In this document: one piece after another, positions 18,850 to 28,972 of the stretch | Position numbering within the stretch: the stretch's first letter is position 1 | Layout of the letters: each line of letters begins with the position of its first letter | Origin: Longimicrobiales bacterium | GTDB lineage: Bacteria > Gemmatimonadota > Gemmatimonadetes > Longimicrobiales > Gaopeijiaceae | Reading direction: 5' to 3' | DNA: 64,000 nucleotides | NCBI GenBank assembly: GCA_965226375.1 | Contig: CBDDCX010000008.1 | Span: 2,206,798-2,270,797, forward strand | The notes under the pieces: model-generated | Seen by the model: the letters and a program-made list of their open reading frames with translations, nothing else | Database searches by the model: none | What the model was told of the DNA's origin: nothing | Program-made: the position numbers and the translations under genes

Positions 18850-19372
18850 TACTCGTGAATTCCACCGCCTGGAACTGAAAGCACTGCCGCCCAGACCCAT
18901 GGGCCCATAGGTTGCGGAGTTGGCCGTGCGCAACAACCCGCTCGCCCACCCGGCTCGGCGTGACCAAGCCCAGGCGATGGCAAGGCTGGCAGCCCTCCTG
19001 AATGAGCGTAGGGACCTGGGGTCCGCCCCCGGCGTCCTCGTCGGAATCTCGCTCAAAGTGCGCACATAACTCATAGCGGATGCTGTCCAGCGGTTGGTAG
19101 CCGTAGATCTCCGAGGTTACGGGGTCAGCGATGCTGATCCTCACGCCGGCCTCGGCAGCCAGGTCGTCAAGGGACCCCGGCAACCGGGAGTGCCGAGTCC
19201 AGTAGAGATCGGTGGCAACCGCGATGCCATGCAGGTCCGCCACCCGTCGATTGTCGAGCCGACGCGCGCGTTCCTCGCTCGGGGACCCCATGATAAAGAG
19301 TCCGGTCACGACCGCCCCGATAACCGCTGTCACCGAAGCTCCAAACAGCACCGATTCGGTGGAGAGCTTCAT
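18833..19372 (-). CDS. Conserved hypothetical protein with one N-terminal TM helix; last codons replaced by IS1595
   Basis: GSP.EER..RLD.RRV.DL, DPVT, YELCA.F, WAHGSGRQCF; removing the IS restores ...EFTSK-stop. Confidence 0.7.
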   Translation of the reverse strand: MKLSTESVLFGASVTAVIGAVVTGLFIMGSPSEERARRLDNRRVADLHGIAVATDLYWTRHSRLPGSLDDLAAEAGVRISIADPVTSEIYGYQPLDSIRYELCAHFERDSDEDAGGGPQVPTLIQEGCQPCHRLGLVTPSRVGERVVAHGQLRNLWAHGSGRQCFQFQAVEFTSKGVFP

Positions 19373-20010
19373 TCCGCGACCTCCCTACCGATATCCCGGA
19401 GGAAGTAGCCGAACACCGTGCCGGTGATTGACCCGACCGTGAGAACCTTCAAAACGAAACGGGTCGTCATCTCTCCGCCGAGTAGGTTGTAGACGATGCT
19501 CGTAGCGACGCCGATCAAGATGCCTGCCCCCACGAAGAGGGTCAGGTAGGTCAGCCACCGCCGCACCTTGGAGAGCCGTCGGCTCGGATCGAGCCGGACC
19601 GCCCGATCGTTGGTCCACGAGATGAAGGCGAAGACCGGAAACGCCACGACCAGGAATGAGATCGACCAGCGCATCGTCTCTCGACTCCTCGCCAAAGCCC
19701 ACAACGGATCGACGGCGGGGTCCGGGAACGCCCGGTGGATGAATTCGAACAGAAGGCTGCCCAGGCTGAACGCGCTCACGTAGAGCGTGCTGAACAGCAC
19801 GAGGTACACGAAGGCCTCGCGGGCAGACAGATACGGCTTCGGCCGGGGGACGGGGATCGGAAAGGTCACGTCGGCGAACGCTCCCAGGGCGCCTCGCACC
19901 TGGTCGGTCGGCCACCCCGTCTCGAGGAGAACTCCCTCGAGTTGCTCACGTGGCAAGCCCCGCTCGAGACCCTCCTTCAGGAATCCGGAAAGTTCTTCGT
20001 TGATGGCCAT
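19369..20010 (-). CDS. DUF5671-like membrane protein
   Basis: FPIPVPRPKPYLSAREAFVYL, SKVRRWLTYLTLF, four TM helices. Confidence 0.75.
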   Translation of the reverse strand: MAINEELSGFLKEGLERGLPREQLEGVLLETGWPTDQVRGALGAFADVTFPIPVPRPKPYLSAREAFVYLVLFSTLYVSAFSLGSLLFEFIHRAFPDPAVDPLWALARSRETMRWSISFLVVAFPVFAFISWTNDRAVRLDPSRRLSKVRRWLTYLTLFVGAGILIGVATSIVYNLLGGEMTTRFVLKVLTVGSITGTVFGYFLRDIGREVAE

Positions 20011-20075
20011 CGGTGCTCCTCCTTGGATGTCGAACTCAGTGAGACCGCGGTAGCCCCGTCCGGGCCGATCCCGGT

Positions 20076-20117
20076 GTTGACGTTGTCAATATATACCCAA
20101 GAGTTGACGCTGTCAAC
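20076..20117. promoter_or_regulatory. Two palindromic boxes between divergent genes (candidate TetR operators)
   Basis: GTTGACGTTGTCAAT (20076-20090) and GTTGACGCTGTCAAC (20103-20117). Confidence 0.7.
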
Positions 20118-20138
20118 ATCTTCATCCATGTTTGGCGC

Positions 20139-20747
20139 ATGACCGACCAAGCCAGCGCATACCATCACGGAGATCTCCGGGCGGCACTGCTCGCGGAAGC
20201 CGCCACCATGATCACAGAGGGAGGGGCTGCGGGGGTAACGATGCGAGAGATCGGCCGACGCCTGGGCGTGTCGCGGTCTGCACCCTATCGTCACTTTGCG
20301 GACAAGTCTGCACTCTTGGTGGCGGTCGCCGCGGCAGGATTCAACCGTCTGAGGGGTCGCCTGGAAGCGATTGAAGCGGGCGCCCCGCGAACCAGCGTGG
20401 AGCGGCTACGTCGCCTTGGTGGGGAGTACGTGCGCTTCGCTCTCGAGAACCCCGCGCACTACCGACTGATGTACGGGAGGGAGGCGCTCACTCGCGAAGA
20501 GCTGCCCGAGTTGAAGGAGGCGGCAAACGCCTTGTTCGAAGAGTTGGTTGGCGTGTTTCGGTCTTACCAACGCAGCGGCACGGTCAAGCGGCAGGATCCT
20601 AGAGCGCAGGCCTACGTGGCTTGGAGCGCCATGCACGGGCTGGCCTCACTGATGATCGAGGGACAGATCCTGGCTACCGTCGACATTGATGCGCTTGTCC
20701 GGCAGACGACCTCGACCCTGTTGGACGGGATGCGCGTTCGCCGCTAA
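20139..20747 (+). CDS. TetR family regulator
   Basis: YHHGDLRAALL...GVSRSAPYRHFADK; WSAMHG. Confidence 0.92.
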   Translation: MTDQASAYHHGDLRAALLAEAATMITEGGAAGVTMREIGRRLGVSRSAPYRHFADKSALLVAVAAAGFNRLRGRLEAIEAGAPRTSVERLRRLGGEYVRFALENPAHYRLMYGREALTREELPELKEAANALFEELVGVFRSYQRSGTVKRQDPRAQAYVAWSAMHGLASLMIEGQILATVDIDALVRQTTSTLLDGMRVRR

Positions 20748-20871
20748 CCGAACGGCGTGGCCGGGATCGGCCTCCAGTATCATCGACGCCTCATGCGTGC
20801 CCCCGCGATGCTTGCCGCAGTCTGCATCACCTCGGCACTTTGCTGGGCGTCACACCCACCCGGAGGCCCAC

Positions 20872-22056
20872 GTGTCCGACATTCCCGCCTACGAGCGCGA
20901 CCCACTCCTGACGCGACTCGACACCGAGGTCGTGGGCGCCGGCAAGCACGAGGGTCGGCCCTTCGTCGTCCTCGCCGACACGGTCCTCTACCCCGAGGGC
21001 GGGGGCCAGCCGTCCGACCGGGGGACTGTGGGCGGGATTCCCGTCCTCGACGTCCGGAATTCGCGCGGTGAGATCCGGCACGTCCTCGCCGGCCCCGCTC
21101 CGTCGGGGCGCTTGACCGTCGAGCTCGATTGGCAACGGCGATTCGACCACATGCAACAGCACACGGCGCAGCACCTGCTCACGGCTATCGCCGACCAGCT
21201 GTTCGGGTGGGCAACCGTCGCATTCCACCTGGGGGATCGGATCTCGGACATCGAGCTAGACTCCCTGGGCCCCGCCGCGGGCGAGCTGACCGAGCTGGAA
21301 GAGGCCGTCGCCGCCGAGATCCGGAGGGCCCGACCCGTGACCACGCGACGGGTGAGCCAGGAGGAGTTCGCTGGACTGCCCATCCGCACTCGGGGGCTCC
21401 CCGAAGGACATACCGGAAGCATCCGGCTGGTCGAGATCGAGGGAGTCGATCTCAACACGTGCGGTGGGACCCACTGCAGCTCCACGGCCGAACTGGAGGC
21501 CCTCAAGCTTCTGGGGACCGAGTCCACCCGAGGTGGGGTGCGCCTCTTCTATGCGGCGGGCGCGCGGCTGCGCCGGCTTCATGGGGCGCATCATGATCGC
21601 AATGCCGAACTGCGTTCCTTGCTCGGAGCGTCCGATGACGATCTGGTGGGCAGCCTGACCGCGAGGCTCGCGCAGTTGAAGGACGCGGAGCGCGCGGTCC
21701 GGAACACGGAGGAGGAACTCGCCGTGTCCGCCGCCGCGGCACTCGTAACCGGTCCCGACCGCGTCTTGTCGGGCCACTGGGATCAACGCGATCTAGCCTT
21801 CCTTCAGAGTGTGGCAAGGGAGGTCGGCCGCCTGGACCCCGATCGTGTCGTACTCCTGACCGGGGGCGAAGGGGAGGACGGCGCGTTCGTCATCGGCGCC
21901 GGGGAGCGGACCGGCACGGACCTTAAGGCGGTCGGCCCGCGGGTGGCAGACCTGTTCGGCGGCAGAGGCGGCGGCTCCGGCGGCATCTTCCAGGGCAAGG
22001 CCACAAGGCTGTCTCAGCGGGGAGTTGCAGCCGATCTGCTGCGCAGCCTGGAGTAG
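20872..22056 (+). CDS. Alanyl-tRNA editing protein (AlaX-like) with DHHA1 domain
   Basis: LYPEGGGQPSDRG, HMQQHTAQHLL, CGGTH, GGRGGG; GTG start with GGAGG RBS. Confidence 0.88.
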   Translation: MSDIPAYERDPLLTRLDTEVVGAGKHEGRPFVVLADTVLYPEGGGQPSDRGTVGGIPVLDVRNSRGEIRHVLAGPAPSGRLTVELDWQRRFDHMQQHTAQHLLTAIADQLFGWATVAFHLGDRISDIELDSLGPAAGELTELEEAVAAEIRRARPVTTRRVSQEEFAGLPIRTRGLPEGHTGSIRLVEIEGVDLNTCGGTHCSSTAELEALKLLGTESTRGGVRLFYAAGARLRRLHGAHHDRNAELRSLLGASDDDLVGSLTARLAQLKDAERAVRNTEEELAVSAAAALVTGPDRVLSGHWDQRDLAFLQSVAREVGRLDPDRVVLLTGGEGEDGAFVIGAGERTGTDLKAVGPRVADLFGGRGGGSGGIFQGKATRLSQRGVAADLLRSLE

Positions 22057-22121
22057 CCGGATTCATCCCCAGTACTCGATGCGGATTCGGCCATCACAGC
22101 CAACACCGGAAGGAAAAGCGC

Positions 22122-23315
22122 ATGGCATTCGGAGTCAGTAGCGGAAAAGCACCCGAAGCGGGCAAGACGCAGAAGGAAATCGTCAAAGCGATTACCGGGG
22201 AGACGATCGCGGCCCTGGTGATCGTGGGATGTCTATTCGGAGCCTTCGCGTGGAAAATGGGGCTGGCGCACACGCTCAAGACCACGATGGCGACCGCCCA
22301 CGATCTGATTCTGAACACCGTCTTCTTCCTGATGGGCGTCATCATCATCGCGGGTGCTTTCACCTCAGTGATCTCGGAGTTCGGCATCGTGAGTATCGCC
22401 AACCGGATTCTGTCTCCGCTTATGAAACCGCTCTTTGGGCTACCCGGCGCGTCTTCGGTCGGCGCGGTCGCCACCTATCTCTCGGACAACCCCGCCATCA
22501 TGCCCTTGAGCGCCGACAAAGCGTTCCTGAAGTACTTCAGGAGATGGCAGGTCACGACGCTGGTGAACCTGGGAACGGTCTTCGGCATGGGGCTCATCGT
22601 TACAACCTTCATGTTGGCTCTGTCATCGGAGACCGAATCATTGGGCAGAGCGATCCTGCTGGGTAACGTGGGCGCCATTCTCGGCGGTATCGTCAGCGTC
22701 AGGCTGATGGGGTACTTCGGCAAGAAAAAGTACGGCGAAGAGGAGGGCGTGGTCTCAGAAACGGAGGAGGGCTACGACATATTGCACTATCGGGAAGTAC
22801 GTCCGGGTAACGTTGCGCAGCGGGTGCTGCAGGCCATGCTGGACGGCGGCGCCCATGGTGTCAAAACCGGTTTCGACATCATGCCCGGAGTCATCATCAT
22901 CACCACCATCGTCATGATGCTCGCATACGGACCAAGCGATGGTGTGTATACCGGAGGGGCCTACGAGGGAATCGCTTTCTTTCCCTGGATCGGAGCGAAG
23001 CTGTCGTTCATCATAGAACCGTTGTTTGGATTCTCCAATCCGGAGGCCATCGCGTTTCCGGTTACCTCACTGGGTTCGGTCGGCGCCGCGATTGCCATGG
23101 TTCCGCAGTTCCTCGAGAGCGGCATCATCGATGCCAAAACAATCTGTGTTTTCACCGCCATCGGCATCTGCAACGCGGGCTTCCTGAGTACTCACGTGGG
23201 CATGATGGACGGCATAAAGGAGCGGAGCCTTACCAACGTGGCCATCGCCACCCACTTCTTCGGCGGTCTCTGTGCCGGAGTGCTGGGACACATGCTCTTC
23301 CTCTTGCTTGGATGA
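22122..23315 (+). CDS. Multi-pass membrane protein (GATE/nucleoside-recognition-like)
   Basis: LMKPLFGLPG, TYLSDNPAI, NLGTVFGMG, many TM helices. Confidence 0.7.
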   Translation: MAFGVSSGKAPEAGKTQKEIVKAITGETIAALVIVGCLFGAFAWKMGLAHTLKTTMATAHDLILNTVFFLMGVIIIAGAFTSVISEFGIVSIANRILSPLMKPLFGLPGASSVGAVATYLSDNPAIMPLSADKAFLKYFRRWQVTTLVNLGTVFGMGLIVTTFMLALSSETESLGRAILLGNVGAILGGIVSVRLMGYFGKKKYGEEEGVVSETEEGYDILHYREVRPGNVAQRVLQAMLDGGAHGVKTGFDIMPGVIIITTIVMMLAYGPSDGVYTGGAYEGIAFFPWIGAKLSFIIEPLFGFSNPEAIAFPVTSLGSVGAAIAMVPQFLESGIIDAKTICVFTAIGICNAGFLSTHVGMMDGIKERSLTNVAIATHFFGGLCAGVLGHMLFLLLG

Positions 23316-23352
23316 ATCTCCGGTCCGAAGGGCCTGCTATTTCGCTGGTAAC

Positions 23353-23483
23353 TTAGGCAGAGTCCATCCGGTCTCCCAAGGACTCGCTACCTCGAGGGGC
23401 GGACACCGCAAGGCGATTACGGCCCTCGCGTTTGGCGTTGTAAAGCTCGGCGTCGGCACGTCGCAGGACCTCGTTGGGAGCCT
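23353..23483 (-). pseudogene. C-terminal fragment of a GGDEF diguanylate cyclase
   Basis: LRRADAELYNAKREGRNR; upstream part replaced by the IS481 end. Confidence 0.75.
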
Positions 23484-23612
23484 TGAGCCCGAACCCTGAT
23501 GGGTAACAAAAACTGAACCTTGATGGGTTACAGTTTTGGGTTACGAGAAGAGGAGCCATCGTGGTCTAGGATGGCTCCTCTTTTTAAGGGTAGTGTCGCG
23601 ATATTTGTGTAA

Positions 23613-24679
23613 AGGGGGTATTCCCTTAAGTCCACCGACCCCAAGATATAGTGGTTACCGGGGCTCTGCGGGCCGTTTCCCACGTCCGGTGCCGAGGTAA
23701 AGGGCCGAAGCTGGCGTGGGAGCACACTGAACAGCCTGCTCAAGCAAGCGGTAGAACAACAGGCCGCGAGCCCGGGATGTGCGTCGGTTGAAGCGAAAGG
23801 TGAACTCGTCCAGATAGTAGGGGAGGTGTTCGCGGGCGATCCCTCCTTGGAGGGTTCCGAGGACCCAGCGCTTGAGGAGAGACGCCACCCGATGTACGGC
23901 CGACATGAGCACGTGAGCGGGATCGCCGGAGGTCGAGAGGTTCGTGACCGTGTGGCGAAAGCCCAGTTTGGCGAGTCCCTGATAGCTTGGCCATCCGTCG
24001 GTATGCACCGTGCTTGCCGGTGCGATGCTATCCTTGACGAAGCCTCGCAGAACCGGAGCGGAGAGGTCGGGCACCCAACGCAGCCGTATTCTCCCGATCT
24101 TGCGTCCGTCGACCTCGGCGGCGATCGCGACGATGGCCTTCTTGATCGTCTCGCGGCCCCGCACTCCAGCCTCCACGCCCCCGACATAGCTCTCGTCCAC
24201 TTGCACAACGCCGCTCAGCTGGTCGCGATCCGGTCGGACCATGGCCCGGCGGAGCTTGTGGAGCCAGACCCACGCTGTCTTGTAGCTTCCCAGTCCGAGC
24301 ACGCGCTGGAGCCCGAGAGCATTGGCTCCGTATTTCTGGCTCGTGAGCTCCCAGGCAGCGAGAAACCACAGACGCAGGGGCGAGCGCGTGCGGTGGAACA
24401 CGGTTCCCGCCAGCACCGAGGTCTGCCTTCGACAGTGTGGGCAGACGAGACGCCCCCGCGATGCTCGCCAGACCTCTCCCAACCCGCCACAGCCCACGCA
24501 CACAAACCCTTCCGGCCAGCGCAGACCCTCCACGTACTCCAGGCATGCCGCATCGTCGGGGAAGAACTCGTCCAGCTCCAGCCGCGTACGGGGATAGTCC
24601 ACGCCGCCACGGAGCTGAGAAGCCGGAACCGCCATGACCACAACATGTAGTGGGCGGTGGACTTAAGGCAATACCCCCT
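23613..24679 (-). mobile_element. IS1595-family element A, copy 2 (transposase 23655-24641)
   Basis: Same IRs and protein as copy 1; TSD TTGTGTAA. Confidence 0.95.
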
Positions 24680-24822
24680 TTGTGTAAAAGGGGGTGAGGG
24701 GTCCGGGGAGGGTGGACAGCCCGGGAAAAAGAGAGGAAGCTCCTTGTGAATGTTCATCATGACACGAACCCGGGGAGTCCGGGCCTGCGCCAGCAGGTCC
24801 GGAACCGGAAAGGAGCTTCCTC

Positions 24823-26004
24823 ATGGAAAAGATGGTTGAAGTTGAGCGGGCCACGCAAGAAGAGTTACGGCAGGATTTGAAGTCGTTGTTTCAGGGCGCG
24901 ATTCGTGTTACGCTCGAGATGGTGCTGGAGGAGGAGTTGAAAGCGATGGTCGGAGCGCGTCGTTTCGAGCGGGTCGGCAGCCGGAAGGACCACAGGAACG
25001 GCACGTACCTCAGGCGCCTGCTCACGAGCTTGGGTCAGATCGACGTGATGGTGCCGCGCAGCCGGGAAGGCGGCTCGCCCGCCGACGTGATGGGCCGCTA
25101 CCGGCGCAGGAGTGAAGAAGTGGACGAGATGATGGTGGAGGCCTACGTGAGCGGTGTGTCGCAGCGCAAGATGGGCGACGTGACTGAAGCACTGCTGGGT
25201 GAGCGCGTGGGACGCTCGACGGTAAGCCGGGTCGCGAAGCGGCTCGATGGGGCTGTAGAAGCGCTGCGGAGCGCACCCATCGAGGGGCCTCACCCCTATC
25301 TGTATCTGGACGCGACGTTCCTCGATGCGCGCTGGGCCAGGAAGGTCGAGAACGTGAGCGCGCTCGTGGCCTACGCGGTGGATCCGGACGGTCACCGCCG
25401 GCTCCTGGCCATCACGCTAGGCCCTGAGGAGTCAGAGGACAGTTGGTCGGAGCTCCTCGAGCAGCTCCTGGAGCGAGGTCTCAGCGGCGTCGAACTGGTG
25501 ATCGCCGACAAGCACGCGGGCCTGGCAGCTGCGGTGCGCCGCTTCCTGCCTGAGGTGCGCCGTCAGCGCTGCACCGTGCACCTGCAACGCAACGTGCTGG
25601 CCAAGGTCCCGCATCGCCTGCGCAAGCGTGTGGCGCGCGAGGTTGCCGCCGTCTTCCGGGCCCCCGGGCTCGCTGAGGCGAAGAAGCGCCTGGCCGAGAT
25701 CACGACGCGCTGGCAAGAGGAGCTCCCCGAGGCAATGAAGGTGCTCGAGCGGGGCTTCACGGCCGCCACCCAGTTCTACGCGTTCCCCGAGCCCCACTGG
25801 GCCAGGCTACGCACCACGAACAGCCTCGAGCGCCTGCACACCGAGATCAAGCGTCGGATCCGGAGCGCCGGCGCCTTCCCCGACCGAGCCAGTGCGCTCC
25901 GCCTCATCACCGCGGTTGCTCTGAAGACTACTGCGGTCTGGAGCGAACGCCGCTACCTCGATCTCACGCTTCTCGAACCCAAGGAGGTCGCCAAGGCAGC
26001 CTAA
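24823..26004 (+). CDS. IS256 family (mutator-type) transposase
   Basis: RNG.YLRRL.T.LG, LYLDATF, LVIADKHAGL, QRCTVH, RTTNSLERL. Confidence 0.95.
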   Translation: MEKMVEVERATQEELRQDLKSLFQGAIRVTLEMVLEEELKAMVGARRFERVGSRKDHRNGTYLRRLLTSLGQIDVMVPRSREGGSPADVMGRYRRRSEEVDEMMVEAYVSGVSQRKMGDVTEALLGERVGRSTVSRVAKRLDGAVEALRSAPIEGPHPYLYLDATFLDARWARKVENVSALVAYAVDPDGHRRLLAITLGPEESEDSWSELLEQLLERGLSGVELVIADKHAGLAAAVRRFLPEVRRQRCTVHLQRNVLAKVPHRLRKRVAREVAAVFRAPGLAEAKKRLAEITTRWQEELPEAMKVLERGFTAATQFYAFPEPHWARLRTTNSLERLHTEIKRRIRSAGAFPDRASALRLITAVALKTTAVWSERRYLDLTLLEPKEVAKAA

Positions 26005-26057
26005 CCGAAGCATCGAGGAGCTTCCTCTCACTTTTACACACAACTCGGGACTTGACC

Positions 26058-27064
26058 TTTTTAAGTGCATCCAACCGAGAGAGACAGGGCCAAAGTAGAC
26101 GGCCCAGACGTCGTGGTCGATCTCTTCGAGGCCGATGTAATCTCCGCCGAGCAGGTGAGAGACGTTGATCCAGCGTGAGTGCCATCGGATTCCTCCGTTC
26201 GTTGAGACTTTGCGGACTTCGAAGTGAGCAGGGTAGTCGGGTGTGGTCAGCTTCGAGGGAAAGGACCGGGTCGAAGGTTGATAAGCAGAGACAGGTGGCT
26301 TTTGAGCGAGCGCTTCGTGGGGCCGGATCTCGTTGAAGTCGGTAAGGAAGGCGTTGAAGCGTTTCTGCTGGGCGGAGCGGTTTCCGGCCGGCGGGATGGT
26401 GGCTTCGGCCTTGAGGTCTTTATGCATGCGTTCGTGACGGCCATTCTGCTGGGGTGAAGCCGGCTCGATGAGGTCGGGCAGGATACCGAGCTTGATCCAC
26501 CAGACCGAGAGACGAGAGAGTCGGCCGAGGGCGATGGAAGCGAAGGGGGTGCCGTTGTCGGTGCGGATGCGAGCGGGGAGCCCGTACTTGCGGAAAAGGC
26601 GAGTAAAGACGCGACGGGAAGCAGAGTAGGTAGTGCCCTCGAGCCCCTGGCAGGCGAGTAGATAACGACTGAAGCCATCCTGGACGGTGAGTGGGTAGCA
26701 GTAGCGACCGTCGAGGGTCTTAAACTGACCCTTGAAGTCAGCCGACCAGATGGCGTTGGGTGCGTCGAAGGGAGCTGTGGGCCTGCCGGGATGCGGACGC
26801 CTACGACTCCTGCGCGGCTTCTTCACGAGTCCCTCACGGAGGAAGTATTTGTGGCTCAGTGGTGTGTGGATGCGCCCGGACACGATGCGGGCGATCTCCG
26901 AGGCCATCAGGTCCTTCGGATTCGTAGCGCTCGATCCACTTGTAGCCGGTCTTACGGCTGACGCCGTGGCGCAGGCAGAGCTCGGTGTGCGAGAATAGGC
27001 CACCCGTGGCCTCGAGAATGAATCGCTTACATTCGTTCATGGGATCGGTCTCCAACCATGGCAT
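26058..27064 (-). pseudogene. IS481 transposase with internal deletion/frameshift near 26840 and IS256 insertion
   Basis: MPWLETDPM..GVSRKTGYKW in one frame; WSADFKG, RTDNG, PQQNGRHERMH in another. Confidence 0.85.
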
Positions 27065-27153
27065 AGCACCTCCTTGTGGAGGGCCATGTTAGGATCTGAG
27101 ACGGTCACCCATCATGGTTCAGTAAACTGTTACCTATCATGGGTCAGCGTACC

Positions 27154-28455
27154 AGTCCCCGAACTAACAGGAGGTTGGCCGCATTGAGTGCGGCGATAGC
27201 CAGCAGGGGCGAAGCGGCGCCCAGGAAGATGGTGAGGGCTCGCCCCGCAGTACCTACGGTCTCGTCGTGGAGCGAGTTGACCCCATATCCGAAGTGGTCC
27301 TTCCCGTTGGGATAGACGTTCCCCTCCGGGAACTCCCGGGCAAGCTCCCTGCCGATCTCCTCGACCTCGGTGCGAGCGGACTCGACCGAGGATCCGTCGG
27401 ACAGGCGTCCCACCAGCGTGAGCGAACGAGTGCCTCGGAGCTCGTACCGGGAATGCTCCAACTCCAGCGGTATCCAGAGTTCGATCTCGCCTGAGCCATG
27501 TGCGACACCGCTCAGCGGTTCGGGGGGCTTGTAACCCCCACCGAGAACTCCGACCACCGTGCGAGCCTGAGTCGAGCCCTCTGGGATCGACTTGCCCAGG
27601 ATGTCCGGGTCCGAACCGTAGCGGGACCACCGTGCGAGCCTGAGTCGACTGGGATCGACTTGCCCAGGATGTCCGGGTCCGAACCGTAGCGGGAAGTCCA
27701 CGAGGCGTGGCTGAGCAGCACCCGAGAGCCCCCAGCGTACTCGTCAGGCAGAAATAGCCGACCCAGCTCGAGAGGGGCGCCCAGGATGGCGAAATAGTCC
27801 TCGGTCACGCCGCCCATCCCGATGATCTCAGGTCCTCGGCCCTCGTCCGAAAGGAGGGCGCTCAGCTTGTGGAAGCCCCCAGGCCGTCGAAGGAGCGGGC
27901 CCTCTCACGCAGGTCCCTGAAGTTGGGAAGGCTCACACCGGCCAGGTGTTGGAGCTGGGGCACATCCTCACTCCACTCGCGCCCAGGGAAGGTGACCCCG
28001 ACAGCGACGATCTGGTCGGGATCTTGGTATGCGAGAGGCCGAAGCATGACCGAGTCCACGACGGTGACGATCGCCGTCGTGACTCCGATTCCGAGGGCAA
28101 GAGTGGCCACGGTCAGCACCGTGAACCCGGGTCGCCTTCTCAAACCGCGCATCCCCTGCCGTACATTCGTCACCCAGTCACCCATGCCGCTTCCTCCCTT
28201 TCCCCTCCACGTCCGCATCGGGTCATAGGACCCGTCTCGCTCATTTCTCGCGCGCAGTCTGAGAGCGCCCGGCATCCACCAACGCAGCAGGGATACAAGA
28301 ACGTCCTCGAGGTAGGCGATTTCCGCCGCCGTCCGAGAGGCGTCGCCCTCGAGGCGAGCACGGTAATCCTCGATCAGATCTCCCCTCACGAACTCGGCAC
28401 CCGTGCCGCGGATCAGCGCAGCGATGGGTCGTGCCAACGGAAGGGCCGTTCTCAC
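27154..28455 (-). pseudogene. ADOP-type permease, N-terminal part only; frameshifted and truncated at IS481
   Basis: LALGIGVTTAIVTVV..LRPL; pieces in three frames; local duplication at ~27557-27693. Confidence 0.8.
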
Positions 28456-28457
28456 AG

Positions 28458-28814
28458 CTAGACCTCGGCTCCGGTCGTCTCTTCGAGCCGCTCATCCAGA
28501 CGGCCCAGAAGACCGTGCGACATGGACCGGAATATCCGAACGGCCTCGCCCAGAGCTTCCAGTCCCAAAGGCTCGAGTCGATAGAGACGCTTGCGACGCC
28601 CCCCTCGCTCCGCGGTCGGATCACCCACCCACGAGTGCACCAGCCCCTGGTCACGGAGGCGATCGAGAACGGTGTAGACCGCCCCGGACGAGACGGTGCG
28701 TCCCGTCCGTTCCTCGATCGCGTGGCGAATCGAGACACCGTAGGCCTCCTCACTCTCCAACTGGAGGAGGGCAAAGAGGACGGACTGCTCGAATTCCCCT
28801 AGGGTCTTGGGCAT
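28458..28814 (-). CDS. PadR family transcriptional regulator
   Basis: LGEFEQSVL, GAVYTVLDRL, ERGGRRKR. Confidence 0.92.
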   Translation of the reverse strand: MPKTLGEFEQSVLFALLQLESEEAYGVSIRHAIEERTGRTVSSGAVYTVLDRLRDQGLVHSWVGDPTAERGGRRKRLYRLEPLGLEALGEAVRIFRSMSHGLLGRLDERLEETTGAEV

Positions 28815-28832
28815 GATATCGCCGGGCTAAGA

Positions 28833-28878
28833 ACTACAGTGTAACATAAATCGGAGAACCATTAGTACTACAGCGTAG
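28833..28878. promoter_or_regulatory. Paired ACTACAGYGTA boxes upstream of second padR
   Basis: ACTACAGTGTAA (28833) and ACTACAGCGTAG (28867); same CTA-N5-TAG form as 7713-7739. Confidence 0.5.
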
Positions 28879-28972
28879 GGGATGTGTCAACGGACCGCAG
28901 CGATACGCTGCGAGCATACCCCTCCGGCGATGCCCGTCGCTACTACAGCCCCCCCCCCCCCCGACAGCTCGG

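Larger units (their letters stand above)
23589..26057 (+). mobile_element. IS256-family element; left IR interrupted by IS1595
   Basis: IRs GGTAGTGTCGCGATATTTGTGTAAAAG / CTTTTACACACAACTCGGGACTTGACC; 8-bp TSD TTTTTAAG (23581-88, 26058-65). Confidence 0.9.
23484..27153 (-). mobile_element. IS481-family element, disrupted (contains IS256, which contains IS1595)
   Basis: Ends carry repeated TGATGGGTAACA/CTGAACC motifs in inverted orientation; transposase 27064-26058 continues 23588-23528; boundaries approximate. Confidence 0.8.

Noticed and set aside
25996..26005. GCAGCCTAAC at the IS256 transposase stop as an attC R'' box
   Set aside because: Simply Ala-Ala-stop codons inside the IS; no attC body follows.
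28949..28962. Poly-C tract as a phase-variation switch (also poly-G near 2077)
   Set aside because: Intergenic, not in an evident promoter spacer, and homopolymer length is unreliable in this assembly.
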